From contig JAYWIR010000073.1 in the NCBI GenBank assembly GCA_036172245.1, positions 124,001 through 188,000 of the forward strand: DNA of 64,000 nucleotides. The letters are read 5' to 3'. Source of the stretch: Raillietiella orientalis (Eukaryota). A program made the translations under genes and the position numbers. This document shows, one piece after another, positions 37,623 through 58,162 of this stretch (position 1 is its first letter; the number at the start of each line of letters is the position of its first letter). The notes under the pieces are model-generated. The model ran no database searches. It saw only the letters and a list, made by a program, of their open reading frames with translations, and was not told where the DNA came from.

Positions 37623-40206
37623 ACACGTCCTGGCGATAGGCTGACGCTGGCCAACCTGCCGAGCTCTGGTCCAAGTACGCCGTCCGTGGCGGCCTATGCC
37701 GATGACCTGCTTCTCCTCTTACTCATGTCCACCCCGGCGCCCAGTCTCGAGGATTTCTTCGAGCTGATTCGCCGGGGAGCGGGCATGAGCGTAAACAGGA
37801 GCAAGAGCTTGGTCGCTCCAGTTGGTGCGGCGTGGGAGGGGCAGTCCGACTGGATCCGCCTGGGGATCCCGACCGCTACGCCTTTCAAGTACTTAGGCGT
37901 CCCTCTGGGGAGCATCAGCCCAGTGGAAGCGTGGTCGGACTGCCTTTGGAAGGCTACGAGTGTTTTAAGCCCGTTCCACCTGGGCAGGTTCCTCCTGCCG
38001 GAGATACCACCCGGGTACACCGGGACGTTTATTAAAAAAACTCTTCATCGGTCAGTACAGAACGTGGTAGAAGGCCTTACTAACGGCCACGCAATAGCGG
38101 ACCTGCCGGGACACCGGGACGCAGCCCGGTGTGACTCTCCTCGGCAGTGGAAGGGGATGAGGGAGAAAACAAAAATAAAATAAAATTGAGAAAAAACAAA
38201 ACAAAAAGAGTTTGGAGGGGCGGGAAGGGATCACATTCCAGTACGGGGAGGGCCTATCCTTTGCAGGATGCCCTCGAGGTCCTTCTTCATTCTTCCCAGC
38301 TGGGGCCATCGGGTAGCTCTCTGCAGGAAGCGAACAGCATACTGGATGACGTCCGTCACGTTGCAATCTTCATCTTCGGCATCACTCCAGGCCGCCATAA
38401 TACCACGGATGCAGCAAAGTGCTGCCAAGGCTGCGGCTGGACTGAGGGCGTCCCGCACGAAGAGAAGACTGTAAACGTCTCTTGGGTTGCCACCAACCGG
38501 TATCCCGAGGGTCGTTCCAAGACGATCCCAAAGAATCCGGAGGGACAGGGCAGTCAACTAGGAGGTGGGGGAGGGACTCCCGCTCCCCACACCTGGCACA
38601 CGCAGGATATACTCTTCCCCGCGTCCAGTGGAAGCGGCGCGCGTTGCAGGGTAGACCCCAATGCAGCCACAGAATCGCCGACTCTTGCCACTTCAAGGGA
38701 ACAATCCTGGATCCAATTAGAACCGGGGGCCACTTTAGGTCATCCGACCGGATGCCGAGCAGCTCGCCCCGTCTTTTTAATCCACTCGGCTGGGCACTAG
38801 GGGTCGTAGCGTCTGTCACCTCTCCCATGGTCCAGCCGCTCATCATCTTCTCTCTGCCTGCGATACGGCAGTACACTTGCCACCTCGGCTTCCGGCTGTT
38901 GTGAAGCGCCCTCTGGAGGAAGGGCATCGCCGTAGCAAGGGGTGTCCCTTCCGCCCACGTGCAACTCGCTGGAAATTCAAGAATTTCACGCAGAGTGCGG
39001 CGGGCGTAGATGCCGACTCGCAGGCAGTTCCACGTCTCGTGGTTCCTCTCATTAATCTTCGCCCACGTGCCAGCGGTCTCCTCCGGCCATGCGGAGGAGT
39101 GCGCCCCACGAGAAGCTTCGGTTTCCCTTTGAAACCTCTTTCCCTGCTCCTGGTAGCCCACGCATGGATCTCCTGCCGCCCAACGAATTTCGACGCCTGG
39201 CGGCAGGAGTCGTTGCATGCCTGTGCGAAGCAACAGGATGTTACCCTCTTGGAACTCCGTTGCGCCAACCTCTCTCCGTACTGTACGGTGGATGAGGTCT
39301 GGAACAGCCAGGAGAAGTGGACTCGCCTTGCCGTCACGCCCCTCGCCGACGCTCTGTCAGCCCTCAGGGCAAGCTGATGACAGCTGCCTACCGGCGAAGT
39401 AGGAGGTCGACTGCACCATCGCAGGAGCAGCCCGACCCCATAGGCGGCTGGAGGACTTGAGAGCTGGCAGACGCCGCCACGCCTCGCAACATCGCGAAGG
39501 GACTCCTTCGGTGGAGCGAACATTTGAGTGTGCCCCGCGAAGAACTGGTGGTCCCTTCCTCCTGTTTGAACACTTCTGTCTTCCCCCTTTCTTGGATGCA
39601 GGAAGTCATGATGCTGGTGCATTGGGGTTTTCACTCCAGCCAGCGGACGAACCGTGTTTCCAGGGGAGTTGTCTGCCCGAACCGTAAACGGTGCGGGGAA
39701 GTGGAAACGCTCCCGCACCTGCTCTGCCCTCCAAGGACTGTGGCGGAGGCTGGCATCAGGTCTCCTGCACCAAGGGGACACCGCAAGAGACTTGATGCGC
39801 CGCTTCTTCACGCCAGGTGGCCTGTCTCTAGGTGCTGTCATCGCAACAGTCTGTTGCACCCGCGCCATCGACAAGGTTCACCGAGAGCTGGAGAAGCAGG
39901 CGATTCGTCGACAGACCACCGGAATAGCCAGCGAGACGTTGGCTGCCGAGTGGGCCTATCTTCCAGGGGACGTTAGGAGCGAGATTACCGGCATCCATAG
40001 CCGGTTTTGAAGGAAAGGAACGGCCAAACCAAGGATCCTTGTCCCCTACCCTGCCCATATCTTTATTTCTCTTTTTTATATGTGTATTTGTGGTCCCCTG
40101 CCTCCCGTTCCGGACTTTCGGTGTTCCGATCTGCGTGTCGGGGATCCCCCCCTTCGTTTCCTCTGTGTCCTTTGTCCGGGAATCCTGTTCCTGGATAGTT
40201 TAGCAA
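37623..40206. repeat. Right arm of the 2584-bp near-perfect inverted repeat
   Basis: Reverse complement of 23519-26102. Confidence 0.97.
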
Positions 40207-40235
40207 CAAACGCCCTGGTGCACCCGGGTGAGAAA

Positions 40236-43200
40236 CAACCGACCCCCCGCGATCGTCTCGATCTCCTGGACGTCTGCCGCGGTGATCACGTGGATCTCCT
40301 GCAGCAGGGCCAGGTCGAACTTACGCAGGGTGTCGGCTGTAGGGTGGTCCTCGGTTCGAGGCAGCCGTCCATCCCAAGGGAAATCCGACGCTCTCCTCCT
40401 CGACTGCTGTCACGTGAGAGGTCGATCCCGTATGATAGCGCCGCCCCGTAGGACTGGACGGGTAGTGAAGGGGAGAGGACGAGAGGAGGCGGACTGCTCC
40501 CTGACGCCCTCTGCGAGTTTCCTTAGAAACGCCGGGAATGCACTGCTGTTTCTCTCGGCAGGATGGTTGGAACACTCCCGATCCCGAGTAGCAGGAACGA
40601 AAATCACGTGATGTTCTCCTGCCATTCGTTCTTCCCGACCGGCTGAAGGAGGAGCAGTTCAAGCCTTTTAAATGCGGTCTCATGACCGCTGCGGCGCCGG
40701 CGGCCTCGTCTCTGCCTCTCTTTCTCAGTCTGTCCCGACGCTTGAGGGCGAAGACCACCTCCGCCAGCACTCAACCCTCTCGTGCGGTCACGAAGACGAC
40801 GGCGGCGGCGCGAGCTCACGGAGGCAGATTCTCCGGGATGCAACGGAAAGTGGTGTCCCTCCCACCCGCGGACCTCGCCCCTTGTCTCAAAGTAAGAGCG
40901 AAGCCAGTGGCACCTCCAGCCGCTGCACGCACGCACCCCTCCCCGCACCATCAGCGCGACCTCGAAGGTGGTCACCACTCCCGCTGCAGGCTGCTGCTAT
41001 CAAGGCGCATGGCCTCGATCACCCCGTCTCACCCGCCGCCGGCCTAGCGAGCTCTCGGGCGGCCAGTGCTCAGGGGCTTTCGCACGTCTTCTGACTGGTC
41101 ACCTCTGATGCACCCTTCCGCTGCGGGAACGACTCAGTGGTCTCCTGCGGTGATGCGCCTTAGCAGCAACTTTCTCTTCCAGAGCCAAGACGACTTCTTA
41201 TTGGACTGCAAGCGCTCCATGGAAATCCTCGCGTGCCCAGGACGCCTCCGGGCGCTGAAGATGCCCGAGTATTAAGTGGCCACCAGGCGCACCACGGAAC
41301 ACCCTCCCGAACTTCGTCTTCACCTCCCCGCCGTAGCGTGACCGGCCACCGGGCGTGCCTGAGCGCGGTCGGCGGCCTCCCGGAGGGGTGCGGCTGAGAT
41401 TAGAGGCACACATCCTGGAAGAGGAGCCACCGCCTCGGACGAGACATCGACGTGTAGGGTGCAGTCACGGGAAGAAACGTGGACAGAAACGAAAAGAGAA
41501 AAAAGGGGAGGGAGGAAGGGCGAGGGGGGAATGGAGGAAGCCTTTGTGAGATTTTCGATCCTGTTCTCCCGTCTTCCGGGAATGGAGAGCGGGAGGGGGG
41601 GAGGGTAGACCTTAAAAGGTCAGCTGCGGAACAGAGTGCGAATGGACGCGAAAGTGTCCGCAAGGATGCCAGTCCGCGAGAGCGGAGAACGCGGTGGCTG
41701 GAAGGCGAGATAAATGATGGTGCCCTGGATGGGATGGAGAGGGTGAGCAAACCATTCGCTGGAGCTGGGTGGAGTTGACAGGGTGAGCAAACCGTGCGGT
41801 GGGATCAAAGGAGGATGAGTACTGGTTGCGAGGAGGGGCGTGAACTGCAGGAGCGGACCGTCATCGAGCCGGATTTGCGCGGGAGGACGTCTAGGCCCGC
41901 AAATGCAGACAGCCTCAGGGCCCGAAACGACTCTGACCTCAGCTCCCCTCCTTCGAAAACCGCTCCGACTAACACAGAGTAGTCCAACCGCCCTCGCACC
42001 CCGAAAATAAGGGTGGACTGCCATCCACTCTGAGCTGCACTCCTAGTGGGGTTTTTAGGGAAGCGACTGGGAGTGGCTTCCCTGAAAACTTGAACGAGCA
42101 CGGATGAGAGCCTCGTCCTTCTGCTTGAACTTCCGGTGACCTCCTCCTTTCTTGCCAAGGGCTTCCTCACGGTTCATGGAGAGGTCTCAGCCTCCACGGT
42201 CACTGACCAATGCATCAATTATCACAGAGATAGGTTCATAGAGATGATATTTACAAAATATATTATTTTCAAGGTTAACAGCTACAATAATACAGATAAA
42301 GAAGGGAGTCTCTTCCTCGCCTTCCACTCTTCCTTCCTGGTCATCGAAGTTGCGTTACGAGGGATGCCACAGTAGGTTGCGCTCATCGGACGTCCCGTAG
42401 GCTGCATTTCGGCGGCGTCTTCCCTTCCGCCCAAGAGCTGCTCCTCTTCAGAAGGTTGTCGCAGGATTGGAGCGTCATCCGCCCGTCGTCCGAGCCGACG
42501 TGTCCATCCGATGGGTGTCGCGGGAGCTGCCTCTTTTATCGTCATACATCTGTGGGATATACCACTTAACGGAGGACTGCTCGCTTCGTTGCCGGGGTCA
42601 CACATTCCCAAGGGTCCAACGACGACGGCCAGCATTTCTGCATCGACTCCTTTCCTGGGCTGCTGGTCCTCACGATCCTGGTACTTGGATACTCTCTGCT
42701 TCCCGACGATGCTGACGGCTCCTACCCCATCTTCAAAGGGGAGAAAAAGCGTGCAGCATCACCATCCTGTTGCCCTTTTGCAGTACCAGATCTCGCCTCC
42801 AGGCTGAATGAAGCCCAGGAGCGCGCTGATTCTCAAACGCCACTTTCCATGTTGCTGCTGCTACGGAAGGTGGCTGCTGTTTTGATCTCGTCCACAGTCG
42901 TGTCTTTCCGTGCCACGTGCAGATGAGAGTGGCTCGTGCAGTGATCCGTGTCACGTAAGGCAACACAGGTCGCCTCCCAGGCCACAACGGAGGAAACAGC
43001 TTCCCTCCTTCTGGCAGCTCTTCTTATGAGGAGCAGACTTAGCCTTGCGGCGTGGATGAAGCTGCAGTCCGCAACCTGGTGGTCGCCGTCTGTAAGAAAA
43101 CAGCTCGAAGCTCCGGTTCAGCGCACGTCTTCCCCTCGGTCCAGGTGTTCCTTTACCGGGAGTCTCCATGCCTCCTCGTGTTGTGCAGCAGCTCTTACGA

Positions 43201-43440
43201 AGGAAGAAAAGTTACTTCTCCTCATGCTGAAATCAACAATCATCCCGCCGATTCGAGTTGTCGGTTCTTTTTCGCGAAGCTCCTCCGAACTGCTCGCTTT
43301 TTCGCACGTCGGATTTCCCGCCACTCCAAAACGCCCGCGTCGTTTTTCATGGCTCCTTTCAATTCGCCACGCCGCACATCCCATTTTCCGGTCATTTGCA
43401 GCACTCAGCGAACGAAGCCACCTCGGTAAATGATGGATCA
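40236..43440 (-). mobile_element. Decayed 5' portion(s) of L1/Tx1-type LINE (ORF1-like region and APE endonuclease start)
   Basis: KFDLALLQEIHV (APE D..LQETH motif) at ~40290-40325, and a weak ORF1-like LHVARKDTTVDEIK at ~42900. GC-rich and broken by stops; probably more than one fragment. Confidence 0.45.
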
Positions 43441-45259
43441 CAGCTTCCGGATTTCTCTCGCTCGAGATTTTAAACTAGACTCCTTTCCGATGAGCGTACT
43501 GCATGGCATCACGTGTTTGCTTGAGGAAGGAGGACTCAAGTTAGGCAATTCCCTCCTAAACCCGTTTGTGACTAGATGACAGGAGAAACCATCAGCACGT
43601 TCCCAGTCTGCCTCACGGAATCCGAAACAAAATCAGCAAAATTTCCGCAACAAGAGTCTTCAGTGAAGCAAATAGGAAGGGAACAGATGGGAGGCCGACT
43701 ACTGTGGCCACTGGCCAATGCAAGCAGGCTCCGGTCCGCGATACACGCTTGTTTATTTTCTCATGCGAGCATCCTATCACCATCGTGTCTTGTATTAATT
43801 GGTAACATTGCCCGCGAATATGAGGATCCGTGTCCACGATGGTAAATAGCCAACCATGATATGTTTTGGATGATGTGGCCGCATCCGTACCTGATGCATG
43901 GGGAAAAACATAGGGGTAGCGAATCATCAGAGTAGGCAACAGTCGTTCTTCGATTCTCTGAAAAAAAAAAAATGGTTATAATTTCTCGAAACGAAAGCAG
44001 TCAACATTCTTCGGTCCCTGGATCGTAAACACACATCGGTAGCCAACCATTTACATGATAGAGACAAGACTATCTTTGTAATCTCAGCATTCCCATTGCT
44101 ATAGCAGTAAATGTCATCCAGTTCCAGAATTTGCCTTCTCCAGTAATAGAGTGGCTCTTCTTGAGTTTTCCGTACAATAAACACATCCGAAAAAGAAAAC
44201 AACTTCCAGAATAGCTTAGTCGAATCCATCGACTTGTAACCTTCATACAAAGCTTGTCACTCTGCTGTTTCTTCTTCCAATCGGTTTCGAAACGCTGTTA
44301 GGAGTCGAAAATTTCCGCTCCTCAATTCAAATCAAAAGGGACGAGGGCTGTTCGCAGCATCTGGAGAACGAAAGGTAATGAGAAGGAAGACGTAGAAAAA
44401 TTGACGTAAAAAGAAAACTTGTGACGATAATTTGATTGGTGGTCTCTTTCACTGCTCTTCCCTTATATTCTGTGGATTCGCTGCGTCCACGAGGAAAGTA
44501 TGAGCATTTCTGCTGATACTTGTGGGTATTTGACAGTTCATATTCTTCGAAATTGATCGGTTCCAAAGAATAAGCTAATTATTCATAGATTTTGGCGGAA
44601 GACTAGGAGCACCTTGCATAAATTTATTGAATGTTTGCAAAGATACATATATAAAGGCAATAAAAATTTAAATCATTATTTTGATAGGAAGCATAAATTG
44701 CGTAAGCATAAGCATAAATCATAACATAAATTTATCAATTTGTATTCGCCACCATAATTAAAGATGTCACGCTAACAAAATAGATAGTCGGAGAACCAGT
44801 TTCCCAATAATCTTAACTGTAACTTTCATTAATTTTATATGAAATGTTATGCAAAATCATTTTGATTTCTCCAAAAACAAAAAGACAAAACACTGTAGCG
44901 TTTATTTTTTTGTTGAAATGACAGAGATTTTAGCAACTTGATTTTGAAAGGAAATTTTCCTTCTGCATAATTTGAGATTCTCTAATTATCTTTAAAATTC
45001 CGTATCCTTATATTATTGTGGGAATGAGCTATTATGCGACAGTCAAAATTGTATTCGTAATTAAATAAATGTTATGTTTAAGGTTTGGTAGTTCCCATAA
45101 ATACCAACCATCTTATAGTACTGGCAAAGAGCGCAAGGGAGCGAATTTGGTGTCTGTTAGCGGCATGTTTATGGTAAAAGGGACTAATTATGTTTATTTC
45201 ATTCAATTTTGTGAAAACCTATAGTTTCTGTTTTAGTGTTTACTAATATTTGGTGCACA

Positions 45260-52461
<7,202 letters not shown>

Positions 52462-52815
52462 ATTACGCCTCCACCACAGCACAAAATATCATGGCATAGG
52501 TCTCTGGAGCACGTTATTATATTTTACATTCGCGTTCTCTAAAGGCCTATGGAACAGCAAAATAGAGCTCATCTAAAGTTCAGACTGTTACATCACGTGG
52601 CGCTCCGAAAGTGTTTAAAAACAGATTTTCTGTTGTTGCATGAATGCATAATGGATACGAGACTGTGCCCTCAGTTGTCAAGGAAGCAGCCATGTTTGAT
52701 GCCATATGCCATTTGTAGAACAGGATTGTACCATGATAGTGATCCACAAGTGATGACTGAATCAGTGTTAAGAATTCTTCAGTTTTCTCCACTTTTTCAG
52801 TATCTGCTCTATTGA

Positions 52816-52825
52816 AATAAATAAA
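52816..52825 (+). promoter_or_regulatory. Probable DHX15 polyadenylation signal (overlapping AATAAA pair)
   Basis: AATAAATAAA about 355 nt downstream of the stop codon. Confidence 0.55.
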
Positions 52826-55800
52826 AACTCTTGGTAAACCCAGAGTCTAAGCCTTTGGTTTAGACTTGAATCACACTCAACTACATTCCCCTTGCATCAT
52901 TTCACAGTAAGTTAGGAGCCTTCTTGAAAAACGGATCCCAAGACATCCAAGCAGAGGTGCTGCTTATTGGGCTTCCATTTTATGAGCAATCCTTCTGGGC
53001 ATGTGATGCCCCAAAGTGACTTCATGTTACTGTGTGGCAGTACGTACATGTCTGGGTCCTTTTGATTCTTGCTGTGTTATAAATCATTTTTGTTGTGATT
53101 GTCTTTTCTGAAGAGCATTTTCTCGACTCAGCCGCCCTGTTCCCTTGAGAACGTCCGTGTTTCCCTTGACCAGTGCTATGTGTTTTAGTAACGGTGCAGT
53201 GCAGTTTTTCGTTTCGATTGCATGTGCCGAGGGCGTTTCCTATTTTCTTGTCACCACAAGGGGATTATAATTCGAGTGCTTGTTTTCTCCGTTCCCCATT
53301 ACGTGCCACCGAGCGTGGTGACTTATTGAAAACAGCAAGCTTTCTGCCTGATTACGTGTGCAAGCAGCGATGTGTGATCGCGTGGTGCACGCGGGTGTTC
53401 TGCGGAAGACATGGCGTGTTGATGAACATGTGTTGCCGTCCCTTCCCACCCCCCACCCCCCCATCAACCGTATCTGAGGTGTTGGATGGTGTGCGATCCG
53501 TCACATACGCGTGTTCCATCCGGAGATCTCGTGTTGAAAGTTCTGTCGCGCGCCTCGTTGTTCACATTTGATCTCCGTTTGGTACAGCGGGAGCCGTGAT
53601 GTGGCTGCACAGCTCCCCCGCCCAAGGTCTCAATTTGCTTTGGTCTGTGTGTGCCGTGCTCTGCGTGAATTGGCGCCGCTGCGTGTTCCTCGCCTTCGGC
53701 CGCACCTTCAACAAAGTCCCTGAAGCGGCAAGTATTTCCGTGAGTACCTTCTGTACAGTGCAAGTTCTCCATCTGTGCTCTGTACAGTTTTCGAAACTTG
53801 GAACTTTACGCCGTTTCCCCCTTTTCCTGCGTTTGCCGTGAAGCTCTCCTAAATTGAGGGCCACAGGGCAAGTCCGCTTTCGCAGTCTCCAAGCTGGAGT
53901 GCTCTTCGCCGTTTCTCCAAGGGAGCAAAGAGTACTTTCCACGATTTTCAGTGGAGCGCCAATTCATCATCTCGGACCCTTCCCTTTGGGGGATCTGTGG
54001 ACGGACAAAGAGCAATTTTTCAATAAAGTTGAAATCATTGAAAGATCCTCTGCAACTCCTCTTTGTTTGCGAGTCTTCGGAACTCATCCTAACATGTAGG
54101 TAGAGTCACTGCATAGCAACCTTATCTACCCATCCTTAACTACCTGGAAACCTTTGCACGCGTTCTTTTGCTCGTTCTGGGATGATATGATTCTTACTTC
54201 GCATCCTGTTCAAAAGTGGAAATATTTGCAAGAAATTCAACGTGCCTTCCGTAAAATGATCGCATGTATGCAAAATGAGATCCTGCTCCGCTTCAACGAA
54301 GGTGTGCAAACAGATTGTCGTTGGGTGATACCGAGCGGTGTGCACCCTGCGGCCCACGGAGCCTTCGGGAGGGCAGCAAGATTTTCCGAGGTTGGTGAAA
54401 CGCGCCAAAGCGTTCCTGGAAACTCCAGGAAGAGGTGATCGTGTTCGTCGGTATGGATGGCAGTCCGATGTCCCCGAAACGGAAGGTTGGCTTCGCGGTC
54501 GAGCACTTCGCGCAGACACCCCTTGCCGTTCCTTGCAAACGCAGGGTCAACCCCACACCCCTTTCCAGCGAAACAGCTCGCTCGGCTGCCACGTCGCCGC
54601 CTTCCCAGCAAGACCCCGGTCCAGCCGCCCTTGCAACGCGTGCGGCAGTCGGCGGACGCAATCCGGGAAGGAACGGAATGGGGGGGGGGGCGGGTCGGGA
54701 GCCCGCGGAGGAATCTGGATGCGGCTGCGAAGATTTCCTGCTCCGTTCTCGGACCGGCCCACCAATGGCTCCTCCGGGATTCCCGGCGCCGGCTGAGCCC
54801 ACTCGACCGCCCCCGCGGCAGCACGGGAAGCGTTGCCCGCCCCACGGTCTGCCCACGCGGTGCGGCAATCTCTCGGACGCGCGTTCCGCATCGGCCGCAG
54901 CCGTAGAAACGAACCTTCCGTCCTTCCGCTCGAACGTTGCGCGTTCGCGCAGGCGCCGCCGCCGGCAGGGGTGCCACAAGCACCGAATGCGAATTGGGAT
55001 TCGGCTTCTTGCGGTTGCGCGGGGAAAGCGTGGCAGCCCTCGGGGGGGCGGCGGGTGAACCTTTGCTGTCCGGAAAGCAATCGCGCTCGAGTCGAGGTCG
55101 GCTTGAGGAAAACGCGCTGTGGATAAAAAAAAAAGGCGACGCTCCTGCAGATCGGGATCGGCCGAGAAAAACAGCTGATCCCTCCGAGGGTTGCACGGGA
55201 CATTCCGGCGCCTTCTCTTCCCTCCCGTTTCGCGACGTGCTTCGCGGATGCGGTGGCTGTGCAACAGGAGAAGCTTTTCCTTCTGGTTTCCTCTGGTCCC
55301 ACCCCCGCTACTGACAACCTGGAAAAGAGAGCTGCCCAGCGGTTGCACCGGAAGAGCCGGAGAGGCGCTTTAATGTAATGTAAAACGAAAACCAAATAAA
55401 AAAATTGGCTGTTAAAAACTTTGAATGTAAGCAGTTCGAGCGCCTTTGTGTGAAACGGTGATACCCCTCTCGTTTCTGTGCCGAGCAGCAGTCCGTTTCC
55501 TTGCGCAGCGCATGGCAGAAAACCATGAGAGCCAAATGTAAAGCATCGTGTTGAAGACACAGCTGTCTGTTGGTTGCTGCTGTTGTCTTTTGAGACGTGC
55601 GTTTTCGGATTAGGGTGGAAAATTTTTTATGGATGCTTGCTGATGGCATTTCGACCTTCCATCTGGCTAATGGGGAAGACTGGAGGCAGAGGTACCGACT
55701 TTAAGGTTTCAAGGCCGCCTGGATGATTCTGGTCGGAGAATGAAATGTCAACAGCTCGCAGTATTTTATATCCGGCCTTGCAAACCCCTCTGCCCCTGGA

Positions 55801-55874
55801 ATGAAACGAACAGATGGAAACTGCGGCGAGGGGACTCTGTAATCCGCCTTCTTTCTTCCTCCCGGAGGCGGTTG

Positions 55875-58162
55875 TCATGGAGACGGCATGCACTTCAGGA
55901 TGTCGAAGGCGTCCTTCTCGAGCTGTTCCCGGTAGCGGGGATGGGCGATGCGGATCATCTCGTACGCCCTCTGCCTGAGGTTCTTGCCGTAGAGGTGGGC
56001 GATCCCGTGCTCCGTCACCACGTAGTGCACGTGGGCGCGTGTGCTCACCACGCCGACGCCTGATGCGAGGGGCGTCGGTTCTCGGAGCCGCTCCCTTCAT
56101 CACACCCTTGACTTACCTTCCCTGATCTGTTTTACGATCCTCGACTTCCCCCTGGCAGTGGACGGCATTGCCAGGATCGGGAGGCCGGACTCGCTCAAGG
56201 CCGCGCCGGACAAAAAGTCCACTTGACCTCCGAACCCGGAGAAGAGCTTTCCGTCGACGCTGTCGGCCACCACCTGCCCACTGAGGTCGATCTCGACGCA
56301 CGAGTTGATCGCGGTCACCCGGGGGTTGCGCGCAATGACGGCAGGGTTGTTGACGAAGGCGCAATCGTACATCACTGGGGGGATGAGGAATATCGGTGGG
56401 CATTCCCTCCTTCCTCCCCCCCTCTCTCTCACCAAAGAGGGGGTTGTCGTGCAGGAAGCTGTATAGCTTCCCGCCTCCGAAGGCAAAGCTGCCTACGACG
56501 CGGCCCCTTTCCACGGCCTTCTTGCTGTTCGTCACGTTTCCTTCCTCGATGAGGTCCACCATCCCCTCTGTCAGCATCTCCGAGTGGATGCCCAGGTTGC
56601 GATGCTCCTTCAGGCTACGGAGGACGACGTCTGGGATGGTGCCGATGCCTGCGGGAAAGAGGGAGGAAGGGAGGGTGCTCCGTTCTCTGTTTGTCGTTGT
56701 CGTCGCTGCCTTGGCGTTCCTACCTCTCTTCCTCTCCCTGCCTCGCAGCCGCCCTCTCCCCCCCCCTCCAGGAAAATGAACGCCCCGGGGCAAGCGGGCG
56801 CTCGATGCCTTCCCCTTCTCTTCCTCCCAATCTCCCACATCCTCCCGCAGCCACCCCACTCACCCAGCTGCAGAGTCGCGCCTTCCTGCACGAGCTCTTC
56901 GGCGATCATCCGGCCGATGGTGACGTCCACCGCGGTGGACTGCCTGGCTGGAAGTTCCACCAGTGGCCTGTCCGCCTCCACAAGGGCGTCCAGGTGCGAC
57001 ACGTGCACCACGGAGTCGCCGAACGTACGCGGCATACGCCTGTTGGAGAGTCCTGGGAGAGGGGAGGAAAGGGAGCAGGAGGGGAGCAGCGCATTGTGAG
57101 CCTGTGACGGCAGGGCCTACCTATGACGTGCTTGGATGCCGCTAGCGCCGCCGCGGTCACTTCGACGCACGTCCCGAGGCTGCAGAACCCGTGCTCGTCT
57201 GGAGGAGACACCTGAGGGAGGAAGGGAGAAGAGGTCCACCCTCTAATCGATGGACTCGCGGAGGTCACCTCACGCACCGTCACCAGGCACACGTCCGGCT
57301 GCACGATGCCCCGCGAGAAGAGGGCGGAATTCTGGTGCAGGAAGCACGGTACGTAGTCCCCCTTGCCTTCCTGGACCACCTGGCGGCACGCGGAACCGAT
57401 GAAGAAGTTGTTGGTCCGGATGAACTCTGGAGAAGTAGGAAAGGAGGCTGCACAGTCAGCGAGGTCGCCGAGGTCGCTGCCGGTGGGGGAGGGGAGGAGG
57501 ATGGTCTCACACCGTGCCTTGGTACTGGGGCTGCGCCGGCTCGCCTTCCCCGGTCAGCAGGATGTGGCACAAGGTCACTCCCTGCAAGCGATCCTCTTTG
57601 GCGCGCTCCGCCATTGCCGTCACTAGCTCCAAGGGCGTCGCCGACAGGCCATGAGTGTAGACCACATCCCCTGTGGGCGTGCGGAGCTCTTTGGCGACCA
57701 GAAGGGGGGGATATCCCGACCTACCTGATTTCAGGACCCTCAAAGCCTCCTCGGCGGACAAGACGGGAGGCCTCCGGGGCAGGACGTGGGTCAGCTGCCG
57801 GGAGTACCCGAAGAAATTCCTCCGATGACTCGCACCGAGGAAGGCGCCAACGCCCTGGAGGACGGCTGACAGCTTGCAAGCGACCGTTAGGTTCTGCAAC
57901 AGCGTTAAGGATAGGAAGTGGAAGAGAGGGACTCCAGGGTGGTCTCTTAGGGGGAGTGGAGGGAACGCGCGCGAAGGCACCTCCAAGAAGAGGGAGGCCG
58001 GAGAGCGGCGCCCGGAGGCATACCTTCTTTAGGGGGTGCAGGTGCACGTCGGTCGAGCGCCTTCCTCCCGGCCGGGCTGGGAAAGGCCGCCGCTCCCACG
58101 TCCCCTCTCCCGGCTCCCCGTCCCGCCTTCCTGCCTTCCACCTGGAGACCACTGCTCCCCAT
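55875..58162 (-). CDS. Family I CoA-transferase (acetyl-CoA hydrolase / 4-hydroxybutyrate CoA-transferase / ASCT-like), probably mitochondrial
   Basis: Exons: tentative 58162-58142, then 57893-57725, 57670 to ~57514, ~57425-57278, 57211-57121, 57052-56864, 56648-56433, 56374-56117, 56059-55875. Motifs VSPPDEHGFCSLG, MPRTFGD, GATLQLGIG, LGIHSEM (catalytic Glu), EIDLSGQV, SGFGGQVDF, VVTEHGIA and IAHP. The start exon and the third donor/acceptor pair are uncertain. Confidence 0.92.

Noticed and set aside
43927..44330. Minus-strand ORF with EPLYYWR...ATDV, faintly like a hAT dimerisation domain
   Set aside because: Lacks the ERxFS core, has an upstream stop and no terminal inverted repeats; too weak to call.
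53560..55560. Long overlapping ORFs (up to 351 aa) on both strands
   Set aside because: Low-complexity Arg/Ala/Gly/Pro translations typical of GC-rich non-coding DNA, with no recognisable domain.
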